A program made the translations under genes and the position numbers. This document shows, piece by piece, positions 39,825 through 53,427 of a DNA stretch of 64,000 bases (within the stretch, counting starts at the first letter, position 1; every line of letters starts with the position of its first letter). This DNA comes from Phoronis australis (Eukaryota; Animalia; Phoronida). A model generated the notes under the pieces. That model had not been told where the DNA came from, ran no database searches, and saw only the letters and a list, made by a program, of their open reading frames with translations. The stretch is from NCBI GenBank assembly GCA_002633005.1, contig NMRA01000286.1, positions 488,478 through 552,477 of the forward strand. Direction: 5' to 3'.

Positions 39825-40809
39825 AGTGGACGCCTAGGCTGTACTCTGGACACAATGTAAATAAACGTCATGTTTAATTCCAACCAGTGATGAAAATGAA
39901 CAAATAATTGACTAAAAAATAAATCCATCCATCAGCTCTTGACACAGGTGAATGCGAGAAACCATTTTGCTGGGTTAGAGGTTCCATAAGACCAAAAAGC
40001 AAAGCTGATACCGAGATCAATTTGAATATTGATTCGGAGCTTCGATACGTTAAGGTGTACATTCATTCAATTCGACATCTTGATTGAAATAGTTGGGCAC
40101 GGCCTCTTCTTTCATTATGTTGTACAGGTTCTAAAAACGAGTTCTCCAGAGGCAAGAATCTTACATGCAATACATCAATGCGATGTCACACAAAGTCTTG
40201 CGTTTTCTCGAGTTTCTTGCGTCTCCCGAACGCACGCCAGAATCAAATATGCTTTTTTCTTTAGCCTAAAGATGTCGCCATGCATATGAACGCATGTTGG
40301 AAGCAGCAGTTGAAGCATTCAACAACACTGAATATCAGTGCATCTAATTTCTGCGGAAATTTACAACAACATTAAGTTAAAAAACAAAATTTGTCCATTT
40401 AAAATGATACTAAACCCCGTTTCGACTTCAAACGATTGACGTTATTTCACCTGCTAATGCATCATTGGCGTCAATCTTGAAAGATAAAAACGGAATCAAC
40501 CATAAACTCATAGTCTCCATCAAAGATTAGACATTATGATTATTGGTGGGGTTTTTCCCCACAGTTGCCTTGTAATTCGCAAAAAGCGTAGGTAACGCTT
40601 ATCGGTTTAGCAGACTGCGAAAGGAGTTTTCAAATTTCCATTCAAACTTTTGAGGGTGGTCGAGGGTTACAGAGCATTATTTTGTTTCAGAGAATTGGAG
40701 GGGAAAGTCGTTTTTAATATCTGTTAATAGGTCAAAACCGGATTTGGTATCCTTTGAAATAATACTAAATCTGCGCAAGTGAAAAAATATTAACTCAGTG
40801 TAACATTAC

Positions 40810-41041
40810 CTGCAATCAGCTATTGTGAATTCTAACGCAGAATCGAACGTACATTGGACGTTCTTGCTGGGGATGGTGAATAGACTGAGGTCCACGGTTA
40901 AAGATATGTGAAATGTTCTCTGTTCAATCTCCCAAAACAGGAGTTACAAAAACTGTACATTCCAGGTGCGTCACGCCCGACTGAATTTCTGAGGGTTTCC
41001 TTGCTTGATTGTTCTGCCTTAAGCAACACCATTCCCATTTC
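40810..41041 (-). promoter_or_regulatory. Predicted UCP 5' UTR exon containing a 46-codon uORF (41038-40898)
   Basis: Acceptor TTTTTCCTTTTTAG and donor CAG|GTAATG. The uORF reads MGMVLLKAEQSSKETLRNSVGRDAPGMYSFCNSCFGRLNREHFTYL*. Confidence 0.65.
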
Positions 41042-43320
41042 CTAAAAAGGAAAAATTCGAAAACATAAAAACTCGTCACATGATAATTCCATAAAATTCT
41101 AACGACCTCAACTCAAATAATGGTGAAATACAATGATCTTGTTTATATGACCGTTCTACGTATGTTGGACTTGGCTGCAATCCTGGAATACAACTATCCG
41201 TTCATTGGAAAATGGCTCAGAAGTTGTGCTAATGTAACGAAACGCAACTTTTATTTATTACACTAAAGTAACTATCCAGAGACTCGAAAAGTAGAGCGAT
41301 CATGTGACTTGCACGCTAAGCTTGACACGGTACCCGGATAGTCGTCACATGCCTGATGACGCTGGCAGCAGTAGACGAGTAAACAAATGCTATGGGAAGG
41401 GCCCTTTTGTTCACTCAACCCGCTGCGACTAATTTTCTGAATTGAACTGCAATCATTGGTAAACATACAAACGGACACACGGTGGCTCAAAAATGCATGC
41501 TAGCCTATTTTCAATAGCACTGTGCAACGCCACTACAGTCCTTTGTCATGTTTCACCAGTTTCCATTTCGCTAGCCAGTCAAGACAACAATTTCAACGAA
41601 ACGCGAATACTGAAGTGACCCAGTTGACGTTACGTAACCGTGCGGCAAGCCATAAGAATAGACAGCATATAATCGCCCACGTTCAACAGTCCACCGAGTG
41701 ATCTGTGTTCAATTTTCGTGTCCTATATTTGCACAGAAATCGAAGTTAATTCTATCAATAACATCTGTCTCGTGTTCCTCAATATGACTAAAAGTACATT
41801 CATATCGACATACAAGTAACCCCACATTTCTTTCAATTCCAATTTCGAGGGACTGTGCGCTGGAATCGGATCATAAGATCAACTTTTGCAGCCTGGATTC
41901 ACAAACCTAGTTTCAATACATTGTACCTATAACACCATCTGGCGCCAAATACACTTTGACACAACCTTTGGTAAGAGTTTTTAGGCTCATTTACCCTGTA
42001 AATACATTAACGCAGTAAATAGGGTATGTCAAGCGTAGATAATTGAAATGAATAAACACTGACAAGGCATAGCTGAGTAACACTGTTATATGCCATAACC
42101 AATGCTGCAAAAGTGCAGTTTGAGTGAGAGGTTGTACTGTATATAGCTTGTGGATCTGGGTATATAATATATAGAGAACGATTGACTTCAAGAACCGGTA
42201 AACAATAAGATCATCACAGTTCAGTGAACATTGGGTTGACTTCGCAATCACCGAACTTTATTTTACAACGTTGTTGTGCGCCAATTCAATATAAACCACG
42301 AAAGACTGAGGCAGGTGGTCACAAAATAAATGTTGTTTTGTCACAACAGGGAAATACTGGGTTATATTTACACGAGTCATGTGAGTATCAGTCACGTGAG
42401 AACTGTACCATGCATTACGTAGCCGAGGATGTCCCATTTAACGGATTTATTTTTCTAAAAACGATCGCTATATGCATGCATTAATCAGAGCCTAGGACTA
42501 GTTCATATTACTCCCAGATCAGAGCAAAACTGGCACGCTAACCATGTCAATAGTCAGAACGCCCAAGCCTGTATTGATGACGTTCTAGTTTTGTGTTATT
42601 GGCTGCATGGAACAAAGAAAGGAATGCCCGTACAGTGTTGACAGTAGTTCGTTCATCGCCGTGATGACCAACTGTAACAGTAAGTTCAGTGTGTAATATC
42701 TTGGAATCTAGCCGACCACTATGAAATATCTTATTACTCCCAGCCAAGAACCAATATCTTTAGAACTGGTTCATAGGTACAAATAAAACAACGGCTGTTG
42801 ATGACCTCAGCTCGATATTGATTTTGACGTCTCTCAGTGATGAAAGCTGCGGATCAGACACAATTTCATTTTGACAACGATGGTAAAAACTGCACATCAA
42901 GCGGTCAGAATAAAAGTACACGAGAGTCGAGTACAAACAGGTTTGATCCAAGGTATGATGGCCAAACACATTCAGTTTTCCGATGACGTACGCTTTTGTA
43001 CAGTGCTCCATTTTTGGTCGAAATACCTGCCCTCCATGAAACAAATCAGCCAGTCATAGAAAGCGTTTCTACTTACCGATCGCGTTCCTAATGCTCACTA
43101 AATACGCAACCGTCTATTGCCTTCGCCTTTGCGCAGATCGCCTTGCAGAAAGCAGTGCCAGAGATCGTTAAAAGCCCTTGTGTGCTGTTAACAGGGTTTA
43201 CGAAAAGACAATGCCCCACAAGACACGTTCGCTGTTCGTAATTACGTGCTAAGATTCACTGTCCTGTAATTTAAGTTAACAGATAACAATTTTTCAACAA
43301 TACGTAAACCATGGCCTTAC

Positions 43321-43600
43321 CTGTTGAATTTTAACAGTGAATATGATTATTCTCGAAATCTGTACTGCTTGTGTCAGATGTTTGTCGCTCGTGTTAATGG
43401 TCTATTTTAATCAACCAATCAACGTTCATCTATACGGAGGCGTTGTCCCATAAGCAACACGTGATTGGTTGGCTCTCGTGATCAAACAAAAGCTTATGAC
43501 GTTACACATAAACAAGTAATAACTGTGCCAAGGGCAACGAACGAACTATGCGAATGATGCAAGGTGTCAGGGCCATGGACTTAGATGCTATTACGTAATC
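43321..43600 (-). promoter_or_regulatory. Candidate UCP first exon and promoter
   Basis: Consensus donor CAG|GTAAGG at 43321. Upstream are CCAAT boxes in both orientations, E-box CACGTG (43458-43463) and TTACGTAA (43591-43598). Confidence 0.5.
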
Positions 43601-45084
43601 CCATGAATCAGATTGAATTAGTATACATAATACATAACAAAGTCTGTGAAGCATGCACTTTCTCCATAAACGACATGAGAGAGGTAGTTAGAAGAGTGGT
43701 GACGCTGAGACAAGAAACTAATGTATTAGTTCCATCTTAGACTGTAAAACAGTGTACACGAGTACGAGGTTCCTATAGATCAGTGAGCTAAATCACTTAT
43801 CTCACTGAGTGGGCGAATGGCACGGGGGTGGAATAAATGTAATCTGCTAATCATGTGAAGCTAGCATCTACCGGGCTCCCCATGCGTAGAAAATTTCAGC
43901 AGTAGTCAGGCAGCAGAAGCAGATACCGCGGGCTGTTCGCACTAGCGACAGGCAGAGCAGTGGGACGGGCGAGTTGCCCAGCGGCAGGCCAGTGGCGTTG
44001 TCAATTCAAAGTAGGCTAAGGCCGGTACGGGGCGGAGGGTGTCGGGGAGTTATGAGAAAGGAGTTTCGTGTATCCAAATCAGTGTGTTGGTATAAATATT
44101 TTCAACTGACAGTGTTACGCCAGTTTGAAGAACAAGTGACGACGTAACTGGATTAAGTTGGGTCAGCACCGGGACTGGGGACCGGTTATCTCATTGTGAA
44201 AGTATGCCAACCAGGCACGAAACTCAGTGTAAATAAGGATTTCCAGGTAAACATGGAAGATAACGTGGTTTGCACAAGTAAATTATGTAATTCCTCTGCG
44301 GAGCACTAATTTCAAACAGCTGTTCTTACTTAGTATAACGCAAGTAACTGATCGCCTCGGACTGGATTCGCCCATAAGCTCAAAGTCTAGAGGATAAAGG
44401 TGCCATCTTCATACGCCGTCAAATATACAGTTTGACTAATGTAGGCTGCGACCACATTATGATTCTATGTCTGACCGTTCAGTGGAGCTTCTTGTACCGC
44501 TGTTAACAAGAATTCAGAACAGAGCTCTTTTTTTGGAACCCACCACTTTAAAGTAGAATCATTGAGCTAAAGAAATTAAAAGATCTCGCGTGTTGCATTG
44601 ACTGGAGTTCATTGATCAACCCAACTAGCATCTGAAAACTCATACATTCTATGGTTTACTGGAATCAGGCGCCGGGTATAAATCAAAACAAGTGCCACAT
44701 CACTTCTACTCAGTTTACGTTGCATTGTGTGCTCAGACCTGTTACACTATTAAAAGGGCTTATGACCTTTTTCGGGAGCAGGTCTGATTTACACTGAGCT
44801 GTGGCAATCAATGTTCAGAAAATCGCTCCCAACTTGTATAGTGGAACGGTGCAATTTCTTTAAAAAGCTAAGAATGCACGGGGCTTCAGTGACAGGGAAG
44901 CCACAGGTTCACCTTTGGGTAGAATAAAAGAAGGACACACAAAAGTATTTTGACTGCCGTACCAGGCCAACTTGGACTGTGTGCGCGTTTCCGTGCTTTT
45001 AAATTCCGTGCACGGCGGCGGTAAGTTCACTGTCCACTACTCCAAAGGTTCACTACTCCGAAGGTTCGCTACCTTTCGAAAGTT

Positions 45085-47684
45085 CAGGGTCGTAGGAAGC
45101 GAGGGGGCCGGGGGACCCGTGCCTCCCAAAATTTGCAAGCGTCAGAGCTAAACCATGGCAACCCGACATAGGCTTGGGGCCGGGGATAATCGCCAGAAAA
45201 GAAAGATTACGAATACAAATAAAAGAGAAAATTCAAGAGAACATTATTTTGACAAGTCAGTATCAGTGCATGGTTCACCGGCCTGTGAGTGGCCTGGCCA
45301 GGACATTAATTGTTAGGATCTCCGTTTTTGTTGCATACATGTAGGTCGTCTAAACGAACTTGAAAACGTGCAATTTATCATTCATACATGTATTTCGAAA
45401 AATCGATAAAATTCGTAAAGCGAAGCTTTTGCGGAGCGTATTAATTCACTTGATTTTTAAATTCAATAGCACATTCTTGCAAATGCATAAATGCAAAATT
45501 ATATTTCCAGAGGCCTTACTCTAGCAAAGGATAACAAATACAACTGTCGCTCTATTTTTCGTTTTTTCTTTCTCTAAATTGTGTAATCACTTGAGAAAAT
45601 TGATGGCCTGGCAGTTAACATCAATTGCTGCGCATTTCCTGACTTGAAAATATAAATCTTTTCATATTTAGAGGCCCAGCTGTTGAAGAGGACCATTGAT
45701 GACATTCAAGTGGTCACCCTTTTCGTGTTTTAATTGGCAAATTCTCAAGGGGGCGACAGGGCCCAATGTTGGAATAGATTATCTCCATTTTCCTGTTTTT
45801 TGTGAAATCGTACACCCGGCTTTCATGCTGAGGAAAGTCACTTCTTGCAAGGTCACCCGACAATTGAATGAAATGTCATTCTTTCCAAGCTTAACGATGT
45901 GAAGCCTTTCATCTTAGGTGTCCCATTTGAGACGTGACTCCCTCTCGATGGGGCGGTTCGAGTGTCCCTCTATACATGTAAATCCTGCCAAGTATTCACG
46001 AGGGGAAGTTGAGATTCCTAATTCATCAAAAACACAATACGACCGTGCACAGCACAGCAGTAACAAGGCATTCTATCCAAACAACCGAAAATGTTAAAAA
46101 TACAATGGGATTGTAGTTGAAATTTTGAAGAACGTGAAGATCACTACTTCCCATGGTTAGTTATAAATAATGTTATATTTTCCCAATAGTATCACAAGAA
46201 TAGTATTTCTTTTGAAAGTCGTTACTAGGATCTGTTTGTAATGAATTCACACATGTCAAAAAGATTGTGATGTCCGTGTACATGTCGAACGGGGGTACTC
46301 AAAATTTTCGAATTAATAGACAAACATTTCAGCGCTTTTGTGGAGTTCAAGTTAAACTCGTGAGTCGTTATAGGTACCTCGGAAATGAGCAAAAATACAC
46401 CTTAATATGAATGCCCCGTCTCCCATGTTCCCTGGTTACCCGTCAAAAATCCGCTATCATGCCTGCGGAAATTGCTTATAATATTCTGTTTTGATAAACA
46501 AATTCGTTAGTTTCTGATTTACATCTTTATGTATCTACGAAAACCGACAGATTAATAGATGATTTTTGGCAATTAGAAGCTAACATTTTAAGAAATGATG
46601 ATGTTTCAATGAATTTAGTTGAAGCCTGAATATGGAAAAAACTCTATTATCAGATTCCCAAATAGTAAAGTGCACTTGGACGCTCCTTGCCTATCTAAAA
46701 TAACTCTCAAAGACATTGATGAAATTTGGACAATTCCCGAAAATTTAATCACAATTCAAATGACAATAAATGCATTGCTTTTTGACTTCGGTACAAGAAT
46801 TGTTGCTTAAATTCACTAACAGGGGATCAAAAAGGAATTAAATCATTAAATCAAGGTGAAGGCATTGCTCATGCATTCGATTGTTGGTTTCTGAATTAGG
46901 CTACATGTTTATATACAGTATCTAGAAAATGGGCTGACTGAAATAAGTCTCAAAGATATTGATGAATGTCGGATAGCTCTGCAAAATGTCCTTAACTTTT
47001 TTCACGATTCAAATGACAATAAATTGTTTATTGAATTAGGAAATAGATTAGTGGGTTTAATTTCACAAAACGTTGATCGAGAAAGAATTTTAAGTACAAA
47101 ATAAATAAAATTAAACTTATCGCTCATCAACTGGGAAAGTTTCTTTTTGCACTGTCTTGATGTTGTTATTTTCCAGTAATATTGCGCAATAAATTTTCTT
47201 CAAAACTGAATCGCTTGCTTTCCATATCTGTGCATATTACACACACGGAGCACGTCTTGATGACTGACGCACCCACGATAAAAATGAGGTGTAACGATGG
47301 AATGGGCCTGCGCAGAATCTCAGTGATCCACGGGAGATGAATTTGAACTCCAGGCGTTGAAGTACGTACATTTTTGGGACGCATTCTGTATCATTTCCCC
47401 AGCCACAAGAAACTGGACTACCGGCTGTGTTTCATGAAGGGACTTTGAAACGGCCACAAAGACACTCATACCAGGGACCTGAGGGACCTCACCTTTCCAA
47501 AACATTCCTTCAGAGAATAGCCATGACAAAATGAAGTTTTCCAGAAACTTGACGTTAGAGTCAGCGCAGAGGAATAGGTGCGAGCTAAGCTGCCTGTCTC
47601 AAGTGAATCATAGGTGAGCTAACCAGGGACTAGCTCTAGTTCATCGAANTGCCCCCCAATAATTTTTGCCTTCCTACCGACCTG
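45085..47684. mobile_element. Non-autonomous DNA transposon (about 2.6 kb) with GC-rich TIRs
   Basis: Left end CAGGGTCGTAGGAAG, right end CTTCCTACCGACCTG. It interrupts a GTTCA|CTACTYCGAA repeat unit. An inverted copy of its 45225-46200 portion occurs at about 61178-62180. Confidence 0.6.
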
Positions 47685-47999
47685 CTACTTCGAATGTCCA
47701 CAATTCCTAAAGCAGAACTCCGACAGTGCATTACTCTGACTGTCTGCTAATGAGTTGGAACTGACATGTACGTATAATGTATTGTATTTGTGTCCATTTA
47801 GTAACCATCTAAAGGATGTGCAAGAGTTGAATAGTCCGTAAAACATTGACTGTTTACAAATGAGTTCAGCTTCAGTCACTGCCAATCGTGATTCTTGAAT
47901 CTGAACTAACGTAACGACTCATTCTCAAGCAGACATCTGAGCCTTTTTTAATTCTAAAACGTATTACAGCTAAGTTATCCATAGTGAGAGATCTTCAGT

Positions 48000-50900
48000 A
48001 CATCTTTTGTGTTTTCTTCAGCGAATTTGAGTGTTCAAACTCTTATTTTTCACCTTCTTTTGTCCGTTACTATTTGGTCATATTTCCTCTGTACAAATCT
48101 TTAGGTCAATCAATATCACCTGGCTTTCCTTATTACGTCCTCAAATAACTATGCGTTTTGTATTCACTTGCAACAGAACTAACTGGTTTCCCAAGATTGA
48201 ATTTATATGTTGTGCTTTTCAACTAAGTTGCTATTTATATACCTGTAAGCGAGCCTATGATATTATTTTGTTGTTTAAAAATGACTCTCCTAATTGTCCA
48301 GACTACCTTATTCATTTAACAACCTTTGAATTTCCAATAAGCATTGGTGTATTAATTGTTAAATACGGCTATCGTTTGAGTGCCTCGAGTAGTATGAGTT
48401 TCTCTGGTCTTACAATGTTTTCCCCTGCATGGTCACAGTTTAATTCTTCTCACGGGCATCGAATGAGATATCTATATCACGCTATGCGGGTTCAGATTAC
48501 TGATGTGTCTTACTATTGTTTAAATAACACCTGTATGGATTACGGAATCGTCATTGGCATGCGCCTCCTTTTAGCTGGCGATGTTGAAGAAAATCCTGGG
48601 CCTGAAGACAATACTACCTTTAAAATCTTATTTTCAAATATTAACAGCATTAAATCCAACAATTTCTCCAGATTTCAACTTCTAAAAAACTTTGTTCTGT
48701 CTTACGATTATATGATTGTCGCTCTTTGTGAAACTTGTAATGTTACCAAAGACGACCTTGATAATGAACTAATCATTCCTGGTTACAGTGTAGCCTATCT
48801 CAGTAACAGTGGCCGTGGCATCATCTTATCCACTAAAAACACACTCTCATTTAAATTATGTCCTAGCTTAACTTGTCCTCAGTTATGCAACTGCTGGATC
48901 GAAGTTTATTTCGATCACAGAAAAATTTACTATGGGTTGTTTTAGCGATCATCTTCTCAATCTCCAACTGAAAGAAAACTCTACTTCAACGCCCTAGCTG
49001 ATCAGTTAGCGGAACTTAACCGCAATAGCGTTAGTATAATCATAAATGGTAATTTCAATGCCCGAAACTCTACATGGTACAATGATGATCATGACAATAC
49101 GGCCGGGCTACAATTGTTTGATATCTTATTATCTAATGACTGCATACAGCTAATTAATGAGCCAACCCGCATCACCGACGTTTCTCATTCATGTATTGAT
49201 CTCTGCATAACAAACAATTTGAGTATAATTAACTCATGTTCTGTACTACCCCCTGTTGGCAATTCTGATCAACACATAATCGAAACCATTCCAACACCTA
49301 AAGAAAACGGTTAAAGAACAACACACCACACGAACCAATTGGAAATATGACATCGATAAATTACGTCAGGATATCGCCTACACTGACTTGGATTCCATAT
49401 TGGACACTGGCGACATTGATGACACAGTTTCACTCTTCACTAGTACTCTCTATGAAATTTTAAAAAACAACATCCCATCAACTGAAAAGATAATTAAACA
49501 CAACAGCCAACCGTGGTTCAACAATAATGTTAAACGGGCAATCTGCACAAGAAACAGACTTTACAGCTCTTTCAGAAGATCTAACAACACTATAATCTAC
49601 AACAGATACAAGGAGCAGTCACGTCTGGTTGAAACTTTAGTAAATCTAGCCAAAGCTGATCACCGCCGCAAGCTTTTTCAACAAATTAACAGCGCAAGCA
49701 AGAACTCCAAAGAATACTGGAACATCATCAATAAAATACGCGGCAGTCAACAACAATCCTTTTATCCCGTCACCAACCATAATGGTAACCTAGCCTCAAG
49801 TAGTAGTGACAAGTGTGACCTGTTTCTCAATTTTTCACGAACAAAAGCCACATTACACCAACTGAAGTAGGTAACTTTCCCTTTCTTCATGAACGTTGTC
49901 TCAATCAACCGTCTGACATCCCGGCTAATCAAACTGATGTCCGGAAGTATTTCAATGAAATTGACCCCAATAAGAATGATTGCACAGCTTTAATAACCAA
50001 CAAGATAATCAAAATGATTGCCAATGAAATTACCATGCCCCTGACCAATCTGTTTAAAAAACTTCTTCAGCTAGGTATATATCCGTCTTCTTGGAAACAT
50101 GGAATTATGGTCCCTATACAAAAAAGACTCCAAAACTGAAATTTCAAATTATCGCCCAATAACTTTACTTAACACCCTGTCTAAAATCTTCGAGAAGATC
50201 ATTGCTCAAAGTATTCGTACATTTCTCAAACAAAACAACTTGATTTATCATCTTCAATTTGGTTTTTTGCGTGGGAACAGCACCATGGCACAACTTGTAG
50301 AAATAGTACATGAGATTCATTTAGTACACTTTGAGAAGGGCGAGAATGTCAGGTCCATTTTTCTAGATATATCTTCTGCTTTCGACTGTGTCCCTCACGA
50401 CCTTCTACTTCACAAACTTCGATCCTAAGCATTACTGGTAATCTTTTAAACATGATCACCTCATATCTCTCCGAAAGAACATACAGTGATCGTGTCGACG
50501 GCGTACTTTCAACTTTATCCCCTCCTGGATTTGTAAACGCAAGTGTACCGCAGGGTAGCGTATTGGGCCCTCTTCTCTTCTTGGTTTATATTAATGATCT
50601 TCCTGATAACCTGTCATGTAGCACTTACATTTATGCAGATGACACGGCGCTTTTTCATCCCTTCGCACGGAGCAGCCCTGAATGTTCTTTGCAGCTTCAA
50701 CACGACATAAATAAACTCAGCTATTGGTCACAAGAATGGAGAATGAATTTTAAACCAGAAAAAAGCGTTGATCTCACCTTCTCCAAATCTATTAATGCTC
50801 TCTTCCTTGTTGACCCGTATTATGACCTTAAAGATAATGATGAAATTATTTCTAGAAAACAGTCGCACAGACATCTGGTTATACTGTTAGATGAAAAACT

Positions 50901-51732
50901 CTCATTCACCCCTCACGTTCGGGAGCTCGTACAAAAAACTCAGGAACTAATTAACCCACTTAAGCTTGTCTCTCGTCATCTGAATTCTACACATTTAGAA
51001 GTTTTGTTCAAATCCTTTATACTTCCACACATCGATTATTGTGATATAATAAATCAGTCTGCCAATACGGGTGCACTCCAACGTTTGGAGAAGTTACAGT
51101 ATCAAGCTGCCTTACTCACAACCGGAGCTTACAGGGGATCCAATAGTGTTAAGGTTTTGAATAGTCTCAAGTGGACCAAACTGTCTACTCGACGCAATGT
51201 TCACATGACCACATTTACTTTCAAAGTAATAAACAATGTCAACAACGTTTCTGTCAAAAAATATTTGATCTATACACTAGACAAGGCCATCGTAGTGATT
51301 TGAATACCTGAGAGATTCACTCTTTCGTTCACTCGATGGAAACCAATCAATTGTTAACGCTCTCAATTCTTGTAATAATATCCCTACTAGAGTTATATTA
51401 TTATTGAATGGTAGTCCTAACCTTGACCTCGTTCTCAACGAATTCCTCTTAAGCAACGTTAGTAATTTTTTATGTACCGTTTATCAATATCAATCTGATT
51501 TCCATACATGAATCTGTACATATTTTTGATTTTATGTCTTTGTAATAGCATATCTAAGTATTGGAATACTTATATTAGAAACTACTTAAATGTATATACC
51601 TCTATGTATATTAGTTTCATTTATGAATAGTTTACAACCAAGATATAATGTTCGCGATTTCTGGGTTTGTCATTATTTCTTTGTATGTTCTGTGTATTCT
51701 TCAATAAATATATATCACTTAAAAAAAGAAAA
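48000..51732 (+). mobile_element. Decayed CR1-group (CR1/L2/Crack-like) LINE: 2A + APE endonuclease + RT
   Basis: LLLAGDVEENPGP is followed by APE motifs (FSNINSI, ALCET, GNFNA, CIDL, GNSDQH) and RT motifs (YRPITLL..SKIFEK, QFGF, FLDISSAFD, VPQGSVLGPLLF, YADDT). Several stops and frameshifts. Ends in AATAAA and an A-rich tail. The 5' boundary is approximate. Confidence 0.92.
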
Positions 51733-53225
51733 TCTGAGGCACGGGTCAGGGCTGCGGCGACCAAGAGGGGACCAAATTAAGAAGCCTGAATGGGACTCTC
51801 TGACTTCGTGAAGACTCAGTGGCAGGAACAGGGTAGCCTACTAACTACATTTAGTTTCGACCCTGCCGTGCGTGTGGTTCCGGTGGTTTAGGTTAATGAG
51901 GCGCAGCGGCCTCAACTTTTCAGTCGCGCTGTGGATTCATACTATCTGGACTTGATAAACATATTATGTTTGATAATTCATCAGTATTCCTACTTCACAT
52001 TCTTTTAAAGTGCATGTAAGTACTCATTTTCCCGTATTTGTAAGGCATAAGGGCAATTTTTGCAAACAAAGTGTTGTAGTAGTAGTAACCGGCGTTGATT
52101 TCGGCGCGTACGGTATAAAAATTACACCTGCGTCCGAAATTTTAGATATTTTCTGAGAAGTGAACCTTCGGAGTAGTGAACCTTCAGATTAGTGAGCTGT
52201 TCTCATTTCCAGCGGTGAAAGCAACTTAAACAAAGATACTATATCATTGTAAAATCTTTGACTTAAGTAGCACATAAAAATACAACCAGATAAAACAATT
52301 CGTCAAGTCATTCTCCGAACAAATATTTCCTTTCGCGTATGTAATGAGGTGTAACTACTCATTTAAGCACGCCTAATTTGAAAGTTTGGGAAGGGGTAAC
52401 GCAAGAACGTTCTCATTGTGGACCACATTACATCCGAATTTGAGTCCGTTCTTTGCGAGCAACCGTCACGACATCTTCATCTCTGGTATTAAGAATTCCG
52501 GCTCATCTCAATCAGGAACATAGAGCTGAGAATCATGGTTGTGAATACAGATTTCCCTTCCCCCTAATTAAAATTAGGAAGAGAGATCTGTATACACGAT
52601 GACTCTCACAGCTTAAAAGCTGTGTCAAGGACCTTACCGAAAACTATACAGTGTCGACGTTTGCAAAATATGACAGGTCCACCGTTCTAGAAATGCTAGC
52701 TACGTGCGTATGACACTGGTGCTTGGTCATCGTTTCAGATCGGACTCGTTAATGTGCTTGTCGATTGCGGGAGCGTTTCAGTGGCCCAGACAATATGACT
52801 ATCAAGGTATTTCCAAGCAAGCTCAATTTAAACACAGGAAGAACACGCGATGTTGCTTTGGAAGCACAAAAACATTCAAAGTTTGCGCGGATGTTTTCAA
52901 CTCCAGGTCGTGGTTTAATAGCGGTTACAAGTATTTTGAGTTAATGTAGTTTAACACTGCATTTAGTGATACTCTTTGTGTAACAGTAACCACATCATGC
53001 AGTATCATACAATGTCATACAGGTCATTAAGGTGATATACATTTATTGAAGACTACACAGAATATATCATTCAGTATGATCATACAGTATCATAAAAAGT
53101 CATTCACGCAGTATCATACAATATCATAAAATACAGGACATACCATTAATAGAAATGAAACGAAAAAACTCGTTTCATGAGAACATTCATATTTCGATAT
53201 ATTCATATCATTATAGATAGCGTCG

Positions 53226-53267
53226 CTGAGACGTTTCGCTGAACTTCAATCAAGCATCATCAGTGAC
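53226..53267 (-). ncRNA. Second, inverted hammerhead core with a degenerate stem I
   Basis: The minus strand reads GTCACTGATGATGCTTGATTGAAGTTCAGCGAAACGTCTCAG. Confidence 0.6.
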
Positions 53268-53385
53268 TATACAGATACAACTGTGGCCTTTATGTTTTTA
53301 AATGTTGCGTATTCCTTACCAGTTCGTTGTGAGTTGATGTGTAGTGGTATTATAGTTTCCTATGAAAACATGTATTGGTTGTATA

Positions 53386-53427
53386 GTCACTGATGATGCT
53401 TGACTGAAGTTCAGCGAAACGTCTGAC
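53386..53427 (+). ncRNA. Minimal type I hammerhead ribozyme
   Basis: GTCA-CTGATGA-TGCT(tgactgaagttc)AGC-GAAAC-GTC-TGAC. It has the core CUGAUGA...GAAA, stem I GTCA/TGAC, stem II GCT/AGC, a GUC cleavage triplet and the palindromic ACGU stem III typical of PLE-type hammerheads. Confidence 0.75.

Noticed and set aside
44085-44252. TATAAATA plus a CAG|GTAAAC donor as a divergent + strand first exon
   Set aside because: No downstream exon could be identified, and the motifs alone are insufficient.
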